NCBI GenBank assembly: GCA_046758745.1
Contig: JBHIAV010000008.1
Location: forward strand, 28,663-92,662
Length of the DNA stretch: 64,000 bases
Reading direction: 5' to 3'
Source: Gemmatimonadota bacterium
Lineage (GTDB): Bacteria; Gemmatimonadota; Gemmatimonadetes; Palauibacterales; Palauibacteraceae
This document shows, one piece after another, positions 19,013 through 30,088 of this stretch. Below the pieces are notes generated by a model, which worked only from the letters and a program-made list of their open reading frames with translations, was not told the DNA's origin and ran no database searches. Positions within the stretch are counted from its first letter, which is position 1, and every line of letters starts with the position of its first letter. Made by a program: the position numbers and the translations under genes.

Positions 19013-21039
19013 ACGGCCACCGGCTCCGGCTCCTCTCGCTCCGCCTCCTCCCTTCCCCGTACGGGCGGTGTGGCCTGGACGGGCGGACGACGAGCGCCGC
19101 GCAGCGGAAGGATGGCGAGAAGTGCCCCGATCGCCACGATCATCCCCCCGATCCACAACCATGGCACGGCCGGGTTCACGATCGCCCGCACGGTGGCATG
19201 CCGGCCCTCCTCCGCGTCGAAGGCCATGAGGGTGAGGTAGAGATCCTCCCGCAGGGAGGAGCGCACCGCCGGCGTGGCGATCGGCTGCTCCGAGTTCGGG
19301 TAGAAGTTCATCCGCGGCTCGAGCCTCCGGATCGGCTCGCCGCGGCGGAAGATCGAGAACGCGGCCGCGACGACGAACCGCTGCGGTTCCTGCCGTCCCC
19401 ACACCTCCTCAAGACGTATCGCGTAATCGCCGATCACCATCTCCTCTCCCGTTGCGAGCGTGACCTCCCGCTCGAAGCGCCACGAGCCCGAGATGGCGAG
19501 CGCCACGATGATCACCACGATCCCGGCGTGCACGATGTAGCCGCCGTACCTCCGGTTGTTGCGGACGAGCAGCTGCGCGAGGGCGCGTGGCACGGAGGCG
19601 TCCGAGAGCCGCCGGCGCGCCCAGACCCCCTTCCGGAACTCTTCGAAGATCGTGGTCATCACGAAGCCGGCAAAGGCGAAGGTCAGCAGCGGGTATAGGG
19701 AGCGCACGCCGAGGGCGAGGAAGATCACCAGCGCCCCCCCCCCGACCGCCGCCGGCAGCCAGAAGGCCCGCCGCAGCCTCTCGCGCGTGGATCGGCGCCA
19801 CGGGAGAGCGGGGCCGACGCCCATGAGAAAGAGCAGAGCCAGACCGATCGGCACGGTGACAATGTCGAAGTAAGGCGGCCCGACGCTCACCCGCTGCCCG
19901 TTCATCGCCTCCACGAGGAGGGGAAAGGTCGTGCCGAGCAGCACCGTAAAGGTGAACGCCACGAAGAGCAGGTTGTTGACGATGAAGGCGCTCTCCCGCG
20001 AAGCGACCGCGTCCAGGCTGCCCTCCGCGTGCAACCGGTCGCTCCGCCACGCGATGAGCGCCAGGGAGGCGAGGACGATGAAGGCGATGAACGCCAGGAA
20101 GAGCGGCCCGATCACCCCCTCGGTGAACGCATGCACGGAGTCGAGGATCCCGGATCGGGTGAGGAAAGTGCCGAACAGGGTGAGGAGAAACGTGCCGATG
20201 ATGAGGCTGAGGTTCCAGGTCTTCAGCATCCCGCGACGTTCCTGGACCATCACGGAGTGCAGGAAGGCCGTCGCGCAGAGCCACGGGAGGAAGGAGGCGT
20301 TCTCCACCGGGTCCCACGCCCAGTAGCCGCCCCAACCGAGCACCTCGTAGGACCACCACGCCCCCGCCACGATGCCGACCGAGAGGAAGGCCCACGGCGC
20401 GATCGTCCAGCGCCGCGTGGCCCGGATCCACTCTTCGTCGAGCTTCCCGCTCAACAGCGCCGCCCCCGCGAAAGCGAACGGGACGGTGAGCCCGACGTAG
20501 CCGAAGTACAGCATCGGCGGATGGAGCCCCATGAGGGGGTGGTTCTGCAGCAGCGGGTTCGGGCCGGGCCCGTTCGCCGGCGCCGGATGGAGGGTCCCGA
20601 ACGGGCTGGCCGGACCGACGAGGAGGGCGAAGAAGAAGGCCCCCACCAGCATGACGACCCCGCTGACGAAGGGCATCAACCGCGGGTAGGTCCGGCGGCC
20701 CGTGAACGCCACCAGCGCCCCGTACCCCGCCAGGATCCACCCCCAGAAGAGGATCGATCCGTCGAGGCTGCTCCACAGGGAGATCGCAGTGTAATACGCC
20801 GGCGTTTCCCTACTCCCCACCCGCGCCACGTACTCCACGCTGAAGTCGTGGGTGAGCAGAGCCACCTCCATCGTGACGACGGCCGCGGTGATACAGGCGA
20901 ACACGAAGTAGCTGCCGAGTCGCGCCGCGGTCACCAGGTCTGGACGCCGCCGGAAGCCGCCGAGCAGGCCACAGGCCGCGACCACGATCGAGCCGAAGAG
21001 AGCGGCGAGGACGGCCGCCGAGCCGATCGTGCTCAGCAC
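19009..21039 (-). CDS. ccmF: Heme lyase CcmF
   Basis: 'PLLQNH', 'HPPMLY.GY', WWD domain 'WSYEVLGWGGYWAWDPVENAS', 'FLTRSG..SVHAF'. Confidence 0.96.
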   Translation of the reverse strand: MLSTIGSAAVLAALFGSIVVAACGLLGGFRRRPDLVTAARLGSYFVFACITAAVVTMEVALLTHDFSVEYVARVGSRETPAYYTAISLWSSLDGSILFWGWILAGYGALVAFTGRRTYPRLMPFVSGVVMLVGAFFFALLVGPASPFGTLHPAPANGPGPNPLLQNHPLMGLHPPMLYFGYVGLTVPFAFAGAALLSGKLDEEWIRATRRWTIAPWAFLSVGIVAGAWWSYEVLGWGGYWAWDPVENASFLPWLCATAFLHSVMVQERRGMLKTWNLSLIIGTFLLTLFGTFLTRSGILDSVHAFTEGVIGPLFLAFIAFIVLASLALIAWRSDRLHAEGSLDAVASRESAFIVNNLLFVAFTFTVLLGTTFPLLVEAMNGQRVSVGPPYFDIVTVPIGLALLFLMGVGPALPWRRSTRERLRRAFWLPAAVGGGALVIFLALGVRSLYPLLTFAFAGFVMTTIFEEFRKGVWARRRLSDASVPRALAQLLVRNNRRYGGYIVHAGIVVIIVALAISGSWRFEREVTLATGEEMVIGDYAIRLEEVWGRQEPQRFVVAAAFSIFRRGEPIRRLEPRMNFYPNSEQPIATPAVRSSLREDLYLTLMAFDAEEGRHATVRAIVNPAVPWLWIGGMIVAIGALLAILPLRGARRPPVQATPPVRGREEAEREEPEPVAV

Positions 21040-21148
21040 GCGGCCTCCCCGCTCCCCCCGACGCCCCCGTCTGCCGTGCCGCGGCCGCCCGCGCCGCGCT
21101 GCCAGATCGCACGTCGGCCCGGAGGTCCGGGATCTCCGCGGCGCGCTC

Positions 21149-21613
21149 TCAACGCCCCTCCGGGCGGATGAGGCTGCGGTACATCTCCTTCGGCGTCTCG
21201 TTCCCGTGTGGGGGCTTGTACTCGTTCGAGTGTTTCACCATGAGATTGGTAGACTCGAACACGCCGTGTGGCCGATAGCGACCCTCCACCACCACGCCCA
21301 TCCCCTCCCGGAACATGGCCGGCGGCGCTCCCGCGCTGTGTACGACGACCTCCGCCGCGCTGTCGGCGATCACGAAGCGAAGGTCCCGGGACTCGGCATC
21401 CCACAGGACCGACTTCGGCTTCACCTGGCCGCCCAGCCGGAGCGGAGCGTCATAGATCTCCGGGCCGCGAGCATGAAGCTCGCTCGGCGTAAGGAAGAAG
21501 ACGACGTTCTCCCGCAGGCTCCCGACTACCAGAAGTCCCACGGCGCCGGCGATCGCCGCCAGCCCGAGGCCGACCCACAGGCGTCTGCTGCCCCTACTCC
21601 CGCTCGTCCTCAT
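21149..21613 (-). CDS. ccmE: Heme chaperone CcmE
   Basis: N-terminal TM, 'FFLTPSE', 'LRLGG.V', 'FREG.GVVVEG', heme motif HxxxY (KHSNEY). Confidence 0.93.
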   Translation of the reverse strand: MRTSGSRGSRRLWVGLGLAAIAGAVGLLVVGSLRENVVFFLTPSELHARGPEIYDAPLRLGGQVKPKSVLWDAESRDLRFVIADSAAEVVVHSAGAPPAMFREGMGVVVEGRYRPHGVFESTNLMVKHSNEYKPPHGNETPKEMYRSLIRPEGR

Positions 21614-21637
21614 TCCCGTGGCGCTTGCATGATTCCG

Positions 21638-21808
21638 TCACCCCCGCGCTTCGCCCGCCGTCCCGGCTGCGGCCTCCGGCTCCTCGCGGAGCTCTTCGAG
21701 GGCGCGCGTCGCGGCCTTCACCCGCCGGCTCAGCCGCAAGGCGTACCACCCCAACACCACCCAGGTGAGCGCGTATCCCGCGGCCAGAAACCCGATGTCA
21801 TCGCCCAT
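21638..21808 (-). CDS. ccmD: CcmD-like small membrane protein
   Basis: 56 aa with one TM 'FLAAGYALTWVVLGWY' and a charged tail, lying between ccmC and ccmE. Confidence 0.7.
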   Translation of the reverse strand: MGDDIGFLAAGYALTWVVLGWYALRLSRRVKAATRALEELREEPEAAAGTAGEARG

Positions 21809-22484
21809 AATACGCCACGCTCTTCTCCAGTTTCCGTTCCAGGTGGGCGAGCCGGTATCGCCGGACCATGAAGTAAACATACAGCAAGGTGAAGGCGCCG
21901 ACGTTCAGCACGAGGGCGGCCAGCAGCTGTGGGGCGATCGAGCGCGGGCTGGACGGGGGCTGGTGCAGCGTGCGCCACCACACGACGGAGAGGTACACGA
22001 TGGGCACGTTGATGAAGCCGACGATTCCGACGATGGCGGACCAACGCGCTCGCTTCTCCGGGTCGTCGGCGAACGAGCGCACGGCCAGGTAGCCCACGTA
22101 GATGGCCAGCATGATCGCCGTGGTGGTGAGGCGGGGCTCCCAGGTCCACCACACGCCCCAGGTAGGCTTCCCCCACAAAGATCCGAGCGCCAGGGTGAGG
22201 GCGGTGAACACGACGCCGATCTCCGCCGAGCTCGCCGCCACCAGATCCCACCGAGCGTCCCGTTGCACGACGTAAAGCACGCTCATCACGAACACGACGA
22301 AGAACGCGAGCATCGCCAGCCACGCCGATGGCACATGCACATACATGAGGCGTTGCACCTCTCCCTGCACCGCGTCCGCCGGCACGACGAACAGCCCGAC
22401 GACGCTCCCGCCCAACAGTACGGTGAGCGCCAGGAGGCCCAGCAGGCGAGGGCTTCGCGCCAGGCGGCGGTCGGCCTCCGTCAC
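21798..22484 (-). CDS. ccmC: Heme exporter protein CcmC
   Basis: 'MYVHVPSAW', WWD-like 'WGKPTWGVWWTWEPRLT', 'WWRTLHQ'. GTG overlaps the ccmB stop. Confidence 0.93.
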   Translation of the reverse strand: MTEADRRLARSPRLLGLLALTVLLGGSVVGLFVVPADAVQGEVQRLMYVHVPSAWLAMLAFFVVFVMSVLYVVQRDARWDLVAASSAEIGVVFTALTLALGSLWGKPTWGVWWTWEPRLTTTAIMLAIYVGYLAVRSFADDPEKRARWSAIVGIVGFINVPIVYLSVVWWRTLHQPPSSPRSIAPQLLAALVLNVGAFTLLYVYFMVRRYRLAHLERKLEKSVAYYGR

Positions 22485-23157
22485 TCCTCCAGGGCGATCG
22501 GAAAGATCCACGTGCACACCACGAAGAATATGATGTCGAACGAGACGAGGAGGCGAATCCACACTCCCAGCTCTCTCAGCGGGTCGCCCTGCAGGGTCAG
22601 CGTGGTGGCCTTCACCGAGCCGAGCAGCACCGGGACGAGCACGGGGAAGAGCAGCAGGGGGAGCATGATCTCGCGCGCACGAAGGTGTACCGTCAGTGCG
22701 GCGTAGAAGGTCCCGACCACCGAGAACCCGAAGGTGCCGAGCAGCGCGATCCCGACCAGGGCAACAGCATGTCGCCACAGGTCGATCTGGAAGAGGATTC
22801 CCGCGGCGGGGATGAGGATCGCCTCCACCAGCAGGAGCACTGCCAGGTTCCCGAGCAACTTGCCCAGGTACACGGCACGTACATTGCCGGGATAGAGCCG
22901 AAGTCCCTCCAGGCCCCCGCTCGTCTCCTCGCTCTGGTAGGTTCGGCTCAGGGACAGCATGCCGGTGAACGCGATCCCCACCCACAACAGACCGCCCGCC
23001 ACCTGCCGGAGCAGAGCGGTATCCGGGCCGATCGCGAAGCTGAAGATGAAGAGGACGAGCGCGGCGAAGAAGACCATCGCGTTGAAGCTCTGCTTGGTGC
23101 GGGCCTCGATGAGGAGGTCCTTCCACACGATAGCCCATGCGCGGACCGCCATGGCTC

Positions 23158-23161
<4 letters not shown>
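22481..23161 (-). CDS. ccmB: Heme exporter protein CcmB
   Basis: 'WKDLLIE.R', 'LGKLLGN', 'LPLLLFPVLVPVL', multi-TM. Confidence 0.9.
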
Positions 23162-23886
<725 letters not shown>

Positions 23887-23923
23887 CGCGCGGCACTCCC
23901 GTCGCTCAGACGGGACGGTCGGC

Positions 23924-24439
23924 CTACCCGCCGAGCCTCCGTTCGATCCCCGCGACCACCGTCTCGACGTATCCCCACGCGGGGTGCGCGGAGGGAACGG
24001 GTCGGAGACGGGACCACATCACCGGCTCGGAGGGGTGGTCCGAGGGGTTGAAGAGCACCTCCATGAAGAGTGCCGTCCCGCCGCGGTTCGGCTTGGCCCA
24101 GAAGAGTATCTTGACCCACCTCTCGGCCTCCCGCAGCGAGCCGAACACGGCGGTGGGAAAGACCCTCGGGACGTAGATCCAATCGGACTCCATGTAGGCC
24201 ACATTCGTCGTGTCGCTCGGCTCGCGCTGGAAAGAGCGCGCCAGGACGCCGTCATTGCGCAGCGTCACCCAGGCCAGCTGGATGACCGTATCGGGCGGGG
24301 CGGCGTAGCGGCTGACCACGGCCGAGCTGGACGGGCCGCGGGCGATCCCCTGGCTGCCCGTAGCGGGACCGCCGCACCCCGCCAGCCCGGAGGCCACCAC
24401 CGAGCATACGAGAGCGCCCGGCTTCCAACCCTTGCGCAT
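23924..24439 (-). CDS. Hypothetical lipoprotein
   Basis: AGGAG RBS, ATG 24439, signal 'MRKGWKPGALVCSVVASGLAGC' with lipobox LAGC. Confidence 0.7.
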   Translation of the reverse strand: MRKGWKPGALVCSVVASGLAGCGGPATGSQGIARGPSSSAVVSRYAAPPDTVIQLAWVTLRNDGVLARSFQREPSDTTNVAYMESDWIYVPRVFPTAVFGSLREAERWVKILFWAKPNRGGTALFMEVLFNPSDHPSEPVMWSRLRPVPSAHPAWGYVETVVAGIERRLGG

Positions 24440-24732
24440 CGGTAACTCCTGGCATACGGGATAGCCGCCGCGGCGGGACCCGGACATCCCCACCGTCGCT
24501 CCCCGGGGCCGGAGATGCCCATGGTCGTGCGACGGGTTCCGTTCCGGTACGCCCACCGTCGCGTGCGCCGTCCTCGGCAACGGGGGAGATGTCATCCCGG
24601 CGGGCTTTCCGCAAGCGGCGCGTGGGTGCCTCCCCGCGTCTTTCGCCTGGAAAGGGCTACCCCTCCGGGGTACCTTCAGGCCCGCTGAGGCGGCCCGCGC
24701 TCCCCAGGCGGATTGCCAAACGGAGGAGCTCC

Positions 24733-25938
24733 TTGAAACTGACCGATCTCGCGGCCCTGGCGCAGCCCTCAGGCGAGAAGATCGTCCTGCTCGTCCTGGA
24801 CGGCCTTGGCGGGCTTCCGATGAAGCCGGGGGGACGAACCGAGCTGGAGGCGGCCCGCACTCCGAATCTGGACGAGCTGGCCCGCGAGGGCGGCTGCGGG
24901 CTCCACGAGCCCGTCGCACCGGGCGTCACCCCGGGGAGCGGGCCCGGGCACCTCTCGCTCTTCGGCTTCGACCCTCTCCACTACCGCATCGGCCGCGGAG
25001 TTCTCGAGGCGCTTGGAATCGAGTTCAACCTCGAACCGGGGGACATCGCGGCTCGCGGCAACTTCTGCACCGTGGACGGGAACGGGGCCGTCACGGATCG
25101 CCGGGCCGGGCGCCTCCCTACCGAGGAGTCGGCCCGCCTGTGTGATCTCCTCACCGCGATCCGGCTGCCCGGTGCCGAGCTGTTCGTGCGGCCGGTCAAG
25201 GAACACCGGTTCCTCTTCGTCATCCGCTCCGACGAGCCGTCCGCATCCGCGATCGCCGACACCGATCCGGAGAGGGAAGGGACCGCGCCGCTCGACGTTC
25301 GAGCCGCGACACCGGAGTCCGAGCCGGCGGCCCGCATCGCGCGTGCCTGGGTCGAAGGAGCCAGGGAGGCCCTCGCCGGGGAGCCGCGCGCCAACATGGT
25401 GCTGCTGCGCGGCTTCGCGTCGCTTCCCGATTGGCCGCGGTTCCCCGAGGTGTTCCGCCTACGGCCGCTCGCCGCGGCCGCCTATCCGATGTACCGCGGC
25501 GTGGCCCGACTGGTGGGGATGGAGGCCGTGTCGGTGGATGACACGCCCGAAGCGCTGGTGACCGAGCTGCAGCAGCGCTACGACGACTTCGACTTCTTCT
25601 TTCTTCACATCAAGGGGACGGACAAGGCCGGCGAGGATGGAGATTTCGAACACAAGGTTCGGGTGATCGAATCCGTCGACGCCGTGATCCCGCGTCTGCG
25701 CGAAGCCGGTGCCGGCGTTCTCCTGGTGACCGGGGACCACTCCACTCCGGCCCGCCTGCGCAGCCACAGCTGGCACCCGGTTCCCTTCCTGGTCCATGGG
25801 GGAGCCGGTCGGACGGAGTGCGCGGCCGGCTTCGGGGAGTCGGAGTGCGCCAGGGGCACCCTCGGGCTGCGCCGCGGGTGTGACCTCATGCCCCTGGCCA
25901 TGGCGAGGGCCGGCCGCCTCGGGAGGTTCGGGGCGTGA
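24733..25938 (+). CDS. apgM: 2,3-bisphosphoglycerate-independent phosphoglycerate mutase, ApgM type
   Basis: GGAGG RBS and TTG start, 'LDGLGG', 'PGSGPGHLSLFG', 'ARGNF', 'HIKGTDKAGEDG', 'TGDHSTP', 'HSWHPVP'. Confidence 0.9.
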   Translation: MKLTDLAALAQPSGEKIVLLVLDGLGGLPMKPGGRTELEAARTPNLDELAREGGCGLHEPVAPGVTPGSGPGHLSLFGFDPLHYRIGRGVLEALGIEFNLEPGDIAARGNFCTVDGNGAVTDRRAGRLPTEESARLCDLLTAIRLPGAELFVRPVKEHRFLFVIRSDEPSASAIADTDPEREGTAPLDVRAATPESEPAARIARAWVEGAREALAGEPRANMVLLRGFASLPDWPRFPEVFRLRPLAAAAYPMYRGVARLVGMEAVSVDDTPEALVTELQQRYDDFDFFFLHIKGTDKAGEDGDFEHKVRVIESVDAVIPRLREAGAGVLLVTGDHSTPARLRSHSWHPVPFLVHGGAGRTECAAGFGESECARGTLGLRRGCDLMPLAMARAGRLGRFGA

Positions 25939-26756
25939 GCGCACCTCGGCACTGTCCCGGCTGCGGACGGCCGGCGTCCGGCAACTTCTGCTCGCAGTGC
26001 GGCACGCCCCTGGCCAACGGGTCCCGGTGTCGGAACTGCACCGCCGCCCTGCACGCGGGAGCGCTCTTCTGCCCCGAATGCGGCGCACCCACCGGGGCGC
26101 GTCCCGGGAAACCGGTGGCCGCCTACCTGCCCTGGATCCTCTCCGGACTCGCCCTGGTCGCCTTCTCCGTCGCGATCACCCTCTTCATCCGCGGGCAAGT
26201 CTCGGTGCGGGAGCCGGGGATGCCGCCGACGGGAGGGATCCTCTCCCCGCAGGGAAACGCCTCCACCGGGGGAGCAGGCGTGGATACGTCCCCCTCGGGT
26301 GGGATGCCCACCGCGGCGGAGCTGGCCGCCATGCCGCCGCGCGAGGCGGCGGACCGCCTCTTCGATCGGGCGATGAGCACACGAGAAGCCGGTGACACGG
26401 AGCGCGCCGCCTTCTTCGCCCGCATGGCGGTCGAGGCCTACCGTCGCGTTCCGCCCGCCGAGCTCGATGAGGATGCCCACTTCCACATCGGGCTCCTCCA
26501 CCTGGCAGTCGACGACCCGGTGGCGGCCAGGAGCGAGGCGGAGGCCATCCTGAAGGCCGCACCGGACCATCTCCTCGGCCTCATCCTGTCGGCACGCGCC
26601 GCGAGCGCGGCGGGCGACCCGACCGCGGCCCAGGAGAGCTACGCCCACTTTCTTCGCGTCCTGGCGGCCGAGCAAGAGTCGGGTCGGGTGGAGTACGGGG
26701 CGCACGAAGAGCTGATCGCGCGGGAGGCCGAAGCGGCCCGAGCCTCCACCGGCTGA
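25935..26756 (+). CDS. Double zinc-ribbon + TM + TPR-like protein
   Basis: Four CxxC motifs (CPGC, CSQC, CRNC, CPEC), TM 'LPWILSGLALVAFSVAITLFI', helical TPR-like C-terminus. Confidence 0.78.
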   Translation: MSAPRHCPGCGRPASGNFCSQCGTPLANGSRCRNCTAALHAGALFCPECGAPTGARPGKPVAAYLPWILSGLALVAFSVAITLFIRGQVSVREPGMPPTGGILSPQGNASTGGAGVDTSPSGGMPTAAELAAMPPREAADRLFDRAMSTREAGDTERAAFFARMAVEAYRRVPPAELDEDAHFHIGLLHLAVDDPVAARSEAEAILKAAPDHLLGLILSARAASAAGDPTAAQESYAHFLRVLAAEQESGRVEYGAHEELIAREAEAARASTG

Positions 26757-26812
26757 TTCCTGCGGCCGGCGAGCCGGCCGCGGTCGAGGCGGACCGGGCT
26801 TCGGTCCCGGGT

Positions 26813-29194
26813 CTAGTGGGAGCGGGGCTCGAGCGGCTCGATGCGAGCCTGCCGCAGCCGGTTGGCGTTCAGCACGACGGTGACCGAGCTTCCGGCCATC
26901 GCCGCCTCCGCCATCACCGGGTGCAGCAGGCCGAGGATGGCGATCGGGATCGCTACGGTGTTGTAAAAGTAGGCCCAGAAGAGGTTCTGCCGGATCTTCC
27001 GGAAGGTGGCGCGAGCCAGTCGGACGGCTCGCACGACTGCCGATAGCTCGCCCGCAACCAGGGTCAGGTCTCCTGCCTCGATCGCGATGTCGGTCCCGGT
27101 GCCGATGGCGATTCCGACATCCGCCTGGGTGAGGGATGGCGCATCGTTGATGCCGTCCCCCACCATGGCTACGACTTTTCCGTCGTCCTGGAGCTCCCGG
27201 ATGAGGGCGAGCTTCTGATCGGGCAGCAGCCCCGCGTGCACGGTCTCGATGCCGACGCTCCGCGCGACCGCGGCCGCCGTACGGCGGTTGTCCCCCGTGA
27301 GCATCACGGGGTCCAGCCCGAGCCGCCGGAGCTCCCCGATCGCTTCGCGGGCCCCCTTCTTCACCCGGTCGGCGATCGCGATCACCCCTGCACTGCGACC
27401 GTCCACGGCCACGAGGATCACCGTGCGCGCCTCCGCTTCGAGCCGGTCAGCAGCGTCGCGGAGCTCCCCGGCGTCGATCCCCAGCTCGGCGAGCAGCTTC
27501 TCGCTTCCGGCCACGACTCGACGTCCGGAGACGCGGCCGCTCACGCCCCTCCCGGTGTGCGATTCGAAATCCGAAACGACGTGCGGAGCCAGGCCTCGCT
27601 CGTCGGCCGCTTTCGCCACGGCCTCTCCCAGCGGGTGCTCGGATTCCCGCTCCACCGAAGCGGCGAGCCGCAGGAGATCGTCCGCCGACCAGCCATCGGC
27701 GGGGACCACATCGGTCACCGACGGCTCACCGGCGGTCAGGGTGCCGGTCTTGTCGAAGGCGATGACGTCGGCCTCGTCCAGGGTCTGGATCGCCGCGCCG
27801 TCCCGGATGAGAATCCCGTGCTCGGCTCCCATCCCCGTGCCGACCATGAGCGCGGTCGGCGTCGCGAGCCCCAGCGCGCACGGGCATGCGATGACGAGGA
27901 CCGCCAGCGTGGCGAACACGGCCAGCGACACCCGTCCGACTTCGGGCATGAGCCACGGGAGCGCCGCCGAGGCGCGCTCCACGACGCCCCCGAAGAAGGA
28001 GGGGAAGATGAGCCAGGCCAGAAGCGTCACCAGCGCGACGGCAAGGACGGTCGGAACGAAGATCGCCGTCACGCGGTCGGCGAACTCCTGGATCGGGACC
28101 TTGCTTCCCTGAGCCTCCTCTACCATGCGGACCACGCCCGCGAGGAAGGTGTCCTCCCCCACGCCGGTCGCGCGCACGCGCAGCACTCCCTGTCGGTTGA
28201 TGGTGGCGCCGATCACCCTGGCTCCCGGCCCCTTCTCCACCGGCATCGACTCCCCCGTGGCAAGGGACTCGTCGACGGCGCTACTTCCCGATTCGACTAT
28301 GCCGTCGGTAGGGATCTTCTCGCCCGGCCGAACGACCATGAGGTCCCCCACCACGACCTCGGAGATCGGCACCTCCACCTCCTGACCGTCCCGGACGACC
28401 CGGGCGACCCGCGCCTCGAGCGAGAGCAGCTTCTGGATCGCCGCCGAGGTGCGTCCGCGCGCCTTGGTCTCCACGTACCGGCCCGTCAGGTGAATGGCCA
28501 TGATCATCGCGCCGATCCCTGCGTAGTTCATGAGCACCGGAAGGACATAGAGGTGCCCCAGGACCGCGACGGCGCCCGTGACGAGGGCGGCCCCGCTGCC
28601 GAGGGCGATCAGCGCGTCCATGTTGGGGCGGCGTCGGAGCGAAGACCGGAGACCGCTCGACAGCGTCTCACGCCCCGGCCCGAAGAGGACGGGGGCCGCG
28701 AGCGCGAGGAGCCCGAGGTCGAAGGCGAGCGGCCCGGGCCACTTCACGCCCCAGAACATCTCGGGGAGCATCCAGGCCATGCTGGGGGCCGTGAGGAACC
28801 ACGCCGCCTGCATCCGGCGTCGGGCGGTCGCCACCCGCCGGGCATCCCGATCGAGCCGATCGCGCTCTCGGCTCGCCCGATCTTCTGCACGCTCGGGAGG
28901 CTCGATAAGGGCATAGCCGGCGGCGGCCACGGCATCCCGCAGGAGCTCGAAGCCGACACGCTCCGCCGGATAGCTCACCGTGGCGGTCTCGGCGGGAAGG
29001 CTGACGGACGCCTCGACGCCTTCGATTTCGTTGAGGGCTCGCTCCACCGACGCGCTGCACCCGGCGCAGTGCATCCCTTCGACGCGGAAGACCCGACGCC
29101 TCGCGGCCGTGGCGGTTACCGAGTGCGAGGCGACGCTCGCCGGCGTCCCGGCGCCGCGTTCCTCTCGCGACTCCGTCGTGGTGTCCTTCGTCAT
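26813..29194 (-). CDS. copA: Copper-translocating P1B-1 ATPase
   Basis: HMA motif 'GMHCAGC', TGES, CPC, DKTGT, HP, 'GDGINDAP', 'YN' and 'MAGSS' Cu+ signature. ATG 29194 chosen as start. Confidence 0.92.
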   Translation of the reverse strand: MTKDTTTESREERGAGTPASVASHSVTATAARRRVFRVEGMHCAGCSASVERALNEIEGVEASVSLPAETATVSYPAERVGFELLRDAVAAAGYALIEPPERAEDRASRERDRLDRDARRVATARRRMQAAWFLTAPSMAWMLPEMFWGVKWPGPLAFDLGLLALAAPVLFGPGRETLSSGLRSSLRRRPNMDALIALGSGAALVTGAVAVLGHLYVLPVLMNYAGIGAMIMAIHLTGRYVETKARGRTSAAIQKLLSLEARVARVVRDGQEVEVPISEVVVGDLMVVRPGEKIPTDGIVESGSSAVDESLATGESMPVEKGPGARVIGATINRQGVLRVRATGVGEDTFLAGVVRMVEEAQGSKVPIQEFADRVTAIFVPTVLAVALVTLLAWLIFPSFFGGVVERASAALPWLMPEVGRVSLAVFATLAVLVIACPCALGLATPTALMVGTGMGAEHGILIRDGAAIQTLDEADVIAFDKTGTLTAGEPSVTDVVPADGWSADDLLRLAASVERESEHPLGEAVAKAADERGLAPHVVSDFESHTGRGVSGRVSGRRVVAGSEKLLAELGIDAGELRDAADRLEAEARTVILVAVDGRSAGVIAIADRVKKGAREAIGELRRLGLDPVMLTGDNRRTAAAVARSVGIETVHAGLLPDQKLALIRELQDDGKVVAMVGDGINDAPSLTQADVGIAIGTGTDIAIEAGDLTLVAGELSAVVRAVRLARATFRKIRQNLFWAYFYNTVAIPIAILGLLHPVMAEAAMAGSSVTVVLNANRLRQARIEPLEPRSH

Positions 29195-29366
29195 GCGCTT
29201 CAACTCCGCTGGACGTGCCCGGCCGCCCGCCCCGCCCGGCCCCTCCCGGCCGAATAGACGGGCGGCGGGGCGACGTGCCACGAAACGCTTCTTCCGCCGC
29301 CTTAGATCATAATACCCCGGCGGTTCCGGCGGCCCCCCTCCGGGGAGTCGGCCCCCTCGCCGCGGG

Positions 29367-29402
29367 TGGACGCGGTCCGCCGCCTCCCGTTAAACTGGCC
29401 GC
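29367..29402 (+). promoter_or_regulatory. Putative sigma70 promoter of the pspA-like gene, probably leaderless
   Basis: TGGACG (29367-29372), 18 bp, TAAACT (29391-29396), then 6 nt to ATG 29403. No SD sequence. Confidence 0.5.
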
Positions 29403-30086
29403 ATGCTGGATCGTCTGAAGCGGGCGCTGGACGCGGCGCTCACGGCGCTGGAAGCGCGGTCGGGTCACGGACCTGAAGAGGAGATCGACGAGCTCCTGCG
29501 GGCGATGCGGGAGGAGCTCATCGCGGCGCGGGCGCGGCTCCCCGAGCTCGAGGGCGTGATCCGGAAGCATGAAAGGGCCGTGGAGCTGGAGACGCGAAAA
29601 GCGGAGGAGTGCGCTCGCCGGGCCCGACAGGCGGCGGCGATCGACGACGGAGAGACGGCTGAGGTGGCGCTCCGCTTCGAAGAGCGGCACCGCTCCCGGG
29701 CCGGGGTGCTGGAACAGAAGCTCAAGGCCGCGCGCGCCGAGTTCGAGCTCCAGAAGCGCACCGTCTCGGAGATGACCGAGCAGCTCAAGGGAGCGATCGC
29801 GCGGCGGGATGCCGTGGCGGCGCGGGCACGTCGCGCGCGGGCGACCGGGAAAGTGCGGGGAGGCCGCCCCGGAGTGCTCGACGAGTTCGATCGCCTCGTG
29901 GAGCGCGTGGAACGGGCCGGGGATGTCGGCGCGGCGTCGCGGGAGCTGGACGAGGAACTCGGCCCGGGGAGTGGTGGGGGGGACGCGGATGTCTCGCCCG
30001 TGGATCGGGAGGAGCTGGCGGAGCTCCAGCTCGAGGAGCTCAAGCGCCGAATGGCCGCCGAGGAAGGGAAGCGGGGGGAAAGCTAG
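29403..30086 (+). CDS. PspA/IM30-family coiled-coil protein
   Basis: Amphipathic N-terminus 'MLDRLKRAL', long coiled coil with 'ARQAAAIDD.ETAEVAL', 'EFDRLVERVE', C-terminal 'QLEELKRRM'. Confidence 0.75.
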   Translation: MLDRLKRALDAALTALEARSGHGPEEEIDELLRAMREELIAARARLPELEGVIRKHERAVELETRKAEECARRARQAAAIDDGETAEVALRFEERHRSRAGVLEQKLKAARAEFELQKRTVSEMTEQLKGAIARRDAVAARARRARATGKVRGGRPGVLDEFDRLVERVERAGDVGAASRELDEELGPGSGGGDADVSPVDREELAELQLEELKRRMAAEEGKRGES

Positions 30087-30088
30087 GC

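Noticed and set aside
24440-24732. Possible riboswitch or sRNA in the divergent lipoprotein/apgM gap
   Set aside because: GC-rich pairing potential only, with no family-specific conserved segments.
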